Assembly: GCA_050287085.1 (NCBI GenBank)
Contig: JBNKBE010000018.1
Coordinates: forward strand, 32,001-96,000
From: Polyangiaceae bacterium
GTDB taxonomy: Bacteria; Myxococcota_A; Polyangia; Polyangiales; Polyangiaceae
Length of the DNA: 64,000 nt
Direction of reading: 5' to 3'
The translations under genes and the position numbers were made by a program. Each line of letters starts with the position of its first letter. Position 1 is the stretch's first letter. Shown piece after piece: positions 59,401 to 64,000 of the stretch. The notes beneath the pieces were generated by a model that did no database searches, had not been told where the DNA came from, and saw only the letters and a list, made by a program, of their open reading frames with translations.

Positions 59401-62222
59401 TGCAGTAGCCCTTCCGCGTAGCGGCGTACCGCCGGTGATAGCTTATTGCCCTCCGCGCGCCCAAGACCTCGCAACACTCGCTTGCGAAACGCCTCCGCCG
59501 GGTTCTCTGCCTCTGCCCCCGGCACAGTCCCGCCTTGCGCCGGGTGGGCGCCCTCCGCTCCCTCCGACGCCGAATCGCTCGAGTCGCCAGGCTCCTCCTC
59601 AGCTTGCTCTGGATCGCTATCCTCGAGCAAACGCTGGGCAGAGCGCTGAATGTCGAGCGCGCTCTCCCCCTCCCCGCTGCGCAAGCGACGGGCCGCGTCC
59701 CGCATCAACTGCTCTGCCTGTTGCAGGCGCTGCACCGTGTCTTCCGGGAGCCCATTTGCGTCTTCGGAAGGTTGCCCAAGACGTTCCGTGCGTTCCGCGA
59801 GCTCACGCTCAAACTCCCCCACCTTCTGGAGTTGCTCGCGCGCAGCTTGTTGCCTCAACGCACGGCGACGCTCCGCCATTTCACGCGTCCAGGCGAGTTG
59901 CTCAGCGAGCTGCTCTCGCGCCGCGCGCAGCGCGTCCTGCAGGCGGGGAGATAGGTCACCGCTACGCTCCGCCGCATCCAACGCAGACAGCGCTCTTCGA
60001 CCGCTTTCGACCGCTTCGTCCAGGCCTAAGCGACCGAGCTCGTGGGCCATTGCCCCGGCGTGTTCTCGCACCAGCGACGCGGAGGCTTCACCCGTGCCCG
60101 GCGCGGCGCCTGGTGCCGGCAAGCTAGCAACACTCTGCCTCAGCGCTTCGGCTCGGGCCTCGGCTTCCTGACGAAGGTCGTCCAGGGGCACGGCGTCTTC
60201 CGCTTCTTTCAGGGCTGACGAGGTCCGGGCAACGGACTCCGCATGTTCCTGTGCAAGTCGCTGCAATTCGCCCAGCGCGCGCTCAAACTCTCCGGGTGCG
60301 TCTGACGCGTCCCCTTCGGCTTCGCCACCGCTGCCGCCCCCCATACCGGGCCCGGCTTCAACGCCGCCGCCCCCGCTGCCTCCCTTGGCTCCAAAACTCG
60401 GGTTGGGGCGATGCAAGCGAGCTGCCATGTGCAGCAAAGCGAGCTCGGCGTGGAAGATATCGACCTTGGCCTGGGCGGCCAGCACTCGTCCGAGGTCCCC
60501 CTGCGCAACGCTGCCCACGTCGCTCCCTAGAAGCCCGAGCTGCTTCAACTCGACAATGCCCAGTTTCAATACCCCAAGAGCCGCTTGCAGCCGCCGCTCC
60601 CCCTCTGAGCGCTGCTCCAAGCTTTGCGCCATCCGCGCCGCCAGCGCGCCTTCCTCGGCGACGTCTCCCAGCTGTTTGGAGACGCGGCGCGCATCGCCCT
60701 CGACCAATGCCTCAACGCCGCGATCGAATGCCAATAAGAAGACTTCCGTGGCTCGCACCTCGTCGCGCCGACGCTGGTAGGCCTGACGCAAGCTGTCAAG
60801 CTGCCCACGAGCAAATGCGCTCCACCGAGCGGGCACCGACAAGCCGGAATAGCTCTGGTTCGCCGCGCTCAAGGTCTCCGTCCGCATCGCCTCAAAGCGC
60901 ATGCTGAAAGCCTCCCGCTCGCGACGTGTGGGGCGTTCTCCCAGCCGGACGCGGGCCGCCAAGAGCTCAGCCCAGTGCCGCCGGACCGCTGCCAACGCGC
61001 GATAGCGTTCGAGGGCCGGCGCCCCAACTCCCGGTGGCCGCACCGTGATCGCAGCGCTCTTACCCCACTTATTGCCCACCCGCGGATCGTTGTCACGCGC
61101 CTCGATGGTGACCTCAGCGGGTAGGAACAAGCGGCGAAAGAACGGATCCCGTCCCCGCAACACGTGTCCACCGCTGGCAAAACGCTTGTCGCTGGGGTAA
61201 CGCTCCAGCGGTCGTCGTTCCTCTCGGCCCGCTGAGCGGAGCACAAGATCCACCTGCACCAGGTTGTGATCATCCCGCGCCGACCAAGCCAGGGACAACT
61301 CGCGCAAAGACTGGAGTTCAACGGTCTTGGGCGCTTCCGCCAACTTCACCTCAGGCGGGAGATCGGGCAGTGCATGAAGCTCGATAGCCCGTACGCCCGG
61401 GATCAGCACATCACCCAAACGAGCCGCAACAATCAGGCCCCCGCTTCGCTCTAGCTCCCAACGCGCGACCCAATCCCCCGAGCCTTCGGCAGAAAAAGGA
61501 ACTTCCCGCTGGCCGTCGGTCAGCACCAAATGCCGGCCCCGGGCGAGGGGTTTGCCGCGCACTGTGATCACCGTCCCTTCCGGGAGCGCCACCCCCGACT
61601 GCATGGTGAGCCGCAGCGACGACATCCCAAGATAACTCGGCGGTTCGGCATCAACTGCCACGCGGTCGAGCCACGGTATGGGGAACGCACCATATCCGTC
61701 CCGAGCAAACAAGACGTCCGCCCCCTCCAAGACGCGCAGAGGTGCGTACACAGCCGCCAGGGTTGTCAATGCGAAGCATGCGACTGCGAAACGACGTATC
61801 AAACGAGCTCGCTCGCGTACCAATCGTTCGACCAGGGAAGGATCGACAGCGGCGAGCGTCTGCGCATAGTGCAACTCCACCAAGGCCCGGCTTTGCTCGT
61901 GCGAAGCAACGTGACGGAGTCGGTAGGCCCTCAATAAGCGCCCACCGCGCGCAGGCTGCGAGCCCACGACCACCCGGCGTATCAAGCCTTCCGGATCACG
62001 GCGCGCGCGCCGTCGATAAACGCTCCACAACACAAGCCCGACACCGACTCCCACGATCAGCAGCACCGCGGTGATGCGCGCCCGCTCGGTACCGGCTCGC
62101 GCCACATGGAGCGCGCCCAAGCCAGTGGCGAGCAGGAGCGCGATGGAGGCCAAGCGCTGAGCGCGCCGAACCGTACGCGCCTCGACGGCCAAGAGGGGTG
62201 CGAGATCCGGAGGAAACGCCAT
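59397..62222 (-). CDS. DUF4175-like membrane protein with coiled coils
   Basis: N-terminal TMs, PPSY and ARDDH.L, IEARDND motifs; long coiled coil; ends VRRYAEGLL. Confidence 0.7.
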   Translation of the reverse strand: MAFPPDLAPLLAVEARTVRRAQRLASIALLLATGLGALHVARAGTERARITAVLLIVGVGVGLVLWSVYRRRARRDPEGLIRRVVVGSQPARGGRLLRAYRLRHVASHEQSRALVELHYAQTLAAVDPSLVERLVRERARLIRRFAVACFALTTLAAVYAPLRVLEGADVLFARDGYGAFPIPWLDRVAVDAEPPSYLGMSSLRLTMQSGVALPEGTVITVRGKPLARGRHLVLTDGQREVPFSAEGSGDWVARWELERSGGLIVAARLGDVLIPGVRAIELHALPDLPPEVKLAEAPKTVELQSLRELSLAWSARDDHNLVQVDLVLRSAGREERRPLERYPSDKRFASGGHVLRGRDPFFRRLFLPAEVTIEARDNDPRVGNKWGKSAAITVRPPGVGAPALERYRALAAVRRHWAELLAARVRLGERPTRREREAFSMRFEAMRTETLSAANQSYSGLSVPARWSAFARGQLDSLRQAYQRRRDEVRATEVFLLAFDRGVEALVEGDARRVSKQLGDVAEEGALAARMAQSLEQRSEGERRLQAALGVLKLGIVELKQLGLLGSDVGSVAQGDLGRVLAAQAKVDIFHAELALLHMAARLHRPNPSFGAKGGSGGGGVEAGPGMGGGSGGEAEGDASDAPGEFERALGELQRLAQEHAESVARTSSALKEAEDAVPLDDLRQEAEARAEALRQSVASLPAPGAAPGTGEASASLVREHAGAMAHELGRLGLDEAVESGRRALSALDAAERSGDLSPRLQDALRAAREQLAEQLAWTREMAERRRALRQQAAREQLQKVGEFERELAERTERLGQPSEDANGLPEDTVQRLQQAEQLMRDAARRLRSGEGESALDIQRSAQRLLEDSDPEQAEEEPGDSSDSASEGAEGAHPAQGGTVPGAEAENPAEAFRKRVLRGLGRAEGNKLSPAVRRYAEGLLQ

Positions 62223-62731
62223 GACAATCCAAGCGAAGGCTGAGCAACCGCTCCTAAATGCGTCCCCGTCGCCCGGCTCGAGGCGGGGGGGCGGCGCAAT
62301 TCGACACCACCACGTGCGACTGGTTCTGCTTGTGTTCCATCATCGTTGCTGAATCATCGATCTCTTTGGACCGTCTTTGGGGGAGTGTTGCCGCTCGCTT
62401 GTCCCTTCCGATCTAGCAGACAATGCCGTGAAGATGAGCCCCACGATGGACCAATTTGCTCGCCCCACCCCCGAACGGGACGGAGAAGCCGACGAACGCC
62501 GCTCGTTGATGTAGAGGCGAAGGCCCACCGGTTCAAGCGCCACTCGCCATTTCGCCCGACGGGCGGGTGGATAGCGGCGCACGCCAGCCCTCGCCCCTCA
62601 CCGACTCCGCCGCTACCTATCCGGTGTATGACGCAGCAGAAGTGCTGACCCGAGCCCCCTCGCAGCAACCCGCTACCCGGCCCCGGCAAGTCCCTTCCCT
62701 CGGATCGCTCGAGTGATATGATTCGGGTGCG

Positions 62732-63493
62732 ATGATCGACCTTGCGGGACGTCTTCGAGCCCTGCCGCAGCCAGGGCTCCGTCTGCGTTGGTTTGTAGAT
62801 TGGTCGCGACGCGCGGGCGCTGAAAGAGCCGCTTTGGCGATCGAAGTCTTGCTGAGCGCCGCCGACTCCTTCACCCCGAGCGCAACCCCAGGGCTCATCA
62901 CGCTTGCCGCATGGCAGGGCAGCGCGTGTGATGAGCCCACGCTCCACCAGATCTGCCAAGTGGCCCAAGGCAACGCGCTGCCGCACACGGAGGAGCTCAC
63001 GCGCGGCATCGAGAGCTCTTCCCAAGACCTGGCGCGCGAACTGCTCCAGCCAGTGCCGGACTACGGTCGCGGTCGCAACTTGACCCTCGGAGAGCGCAAG
63101 AGTCTCGCGCGCAGAATGGGCCGGGGGGAAATCGACCGTTGGCTCCGCGACCCGCACCCGCAGGTCATCAAGCAGTTGCTCATCAATCCACGCCTCAAGG
63201 AATCGGATGTGGTGCGCCTCGCTACTCTGAAACCCGCCTCACCTTCGGCGCTAACTCATCTTTTTCGTGACACACGCTGGTTGATGGCGCCACGGGTCCG
63301 CAGCGGGATTCTTCTCAACACTTCAGTTGTCGTGTGGCAGGCGCGTCCCCTACTCTGGTTATGTACTCGTCCGGAGCTGGAGCGCGTCAGCGCCAGTCCC
63401 AATCTGGGCGACGACCTCAGGAGCTCCGCCCGTCACCGACTGTCCTTGCTCCCCCCCATCGCGCGAGCCCGCACGCACGCGACCGTTCACTGA
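62732..63493 (+). CDS. Hypothetical helical-repeat protein
   Basis: LTLGERKSLAR, RDPHPQVIKQLLINPRL.E.DVVRLA segments; 253-aa ORF. Confidence 0.7.
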   Translation: MIDLAGRLRALPQPGLRLRWFVDWSRRAGAERAALAIEVLLSAADSFTPSATPGLITLAAWQGSACDEPTLHQICQVAQGNALPHTEELTRGIESSSQDLARELLQPVPDYGRGRNLTLGERKSLARRMGRGEIDRWLRDPHPQVIKQLLINPRLKESDVVRLATLKPASPSALTHLFRDTRWLMAPRVRSGILLNTSVVVWQARPLLWLCTRPELERVSASPNLGDDLRSSARHRLSLLPPIARARTHATVH

Positions 63494-63499
63494 ACCACT

Positions 63500-64000
63500 G
63501 TGTCATCCCCCCCGCCTTCAGGGCGCCCCCGACTCAACGAATTCGATGTGCTGCGAGCCATCGCCATCACCCTGGTGGTGTTGGCTCATTCGGTGGTGCA
63601 TCGCCCGAGCTTCCCGGCCCTTCTCCGCAATCTCATCGCGGGCGGCACCTGCGTATTTGTGTTCATCTCGGGCTACTTCTTTCGCGAGGTTTTCTGTTTT
63701 CGCTACACTGCCTCGCGCTTCTGGATGAAACGGGCCCGCGCGTTGGTGCCGCCATTTCTCACGGTTTCCGCAATCGGTGCCGGATTGATCATCGTTGGGC
63801 GCATGCGAGACGGCGCCCCGCCAATCACCGCAGCCAGCGACGTTCTGCTGGCTGCGGTGCGGCGCGGATACGTCTTGCATCCCCACTGGTATATCGGCTT
63901 TGCGCTCTTGCTCTTTGCACTTGCCCCGCTCTTCACGCGCTTCGCCAAGGCTCCGCTCCGCGGACAATGGGGAGTATTCGCGCTCGCGACTCTTGTCGCC
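63500..64000 (+). CDS. Acyltransferase family 3 membrane protein, 3'-truncated (absent from the ORF track)
   Basis: Manual translation from GTG 63500: EFDVLRAIAITLVVLAH, FVFISGY, KRARALVPP, HWYI; no stop before the window end. Confidence 0.88.
   Translation, partial: MSSPPPSGRPRLNEFDVLRAIAITLVVLAHSVVHRPSFPALLRNLIAGGTCVFVFISGYFFREVFCFRYTASRFWMKRARALVPPFLTVSAIGAGLIIVGRMRDGAPPITAASDVLLAAVRRGYVLHPHWYIGFALLLFALAPLFTRFAKAPLRGQWGVFALATLVA

Noticed and set aside
62223..62731. ORFs 62346-62648 (+) and 62354-63157 (-)
   Set aside because: No motifs; the minus ORF is largely antisense to a better-supported gene. Treated as a divergent promoter region.

Overview
GC-rich bacterial chromosomal segment. 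Gene content (Cys-rich lipoproteins, ECF/TPR anti-sigma cluster, FHA protein, DUF4175-like gene with an MA-type peptidase, Pro/Ala-rich extensions) suggests a myxobacterium, probably Polyangiaceae-like; this is inference. About 50 CDS are supportable. I saw no rRNA, tRNA, CRISPR array or mobile element. Housekeeping genes: truncated prlC, ilvD, lon, tatD, msrA, cimA, double-length uvrA, smpB, rpmE, prfA and psd. Two items stand out. (1) A stand-alone, non-canonical tubulin/FtsZ-superfamily gene (34675-36267) with CetZ/TubZ-like motifs and an extra C-terminal domain, lying outside any dcw or plasmid-partition context. (2) An ABC-transporter-dependent capsule operon (kpsF, lipoprotein, kpsMTED, kdsA, a kdsC-kdsB fusion, kpsC, kpsS, DUF3943-like gene) that carries a complete Kdo pathway but no polymer-specific glycosyltransferases. 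The ~1 kb region upstream of it holds a sigma54-like promoter and repeated palindromes. Several starts were moved downstream of the ORF-track starts using RBS and overlap evidence. All family calls come from motif recognition, not database searches.
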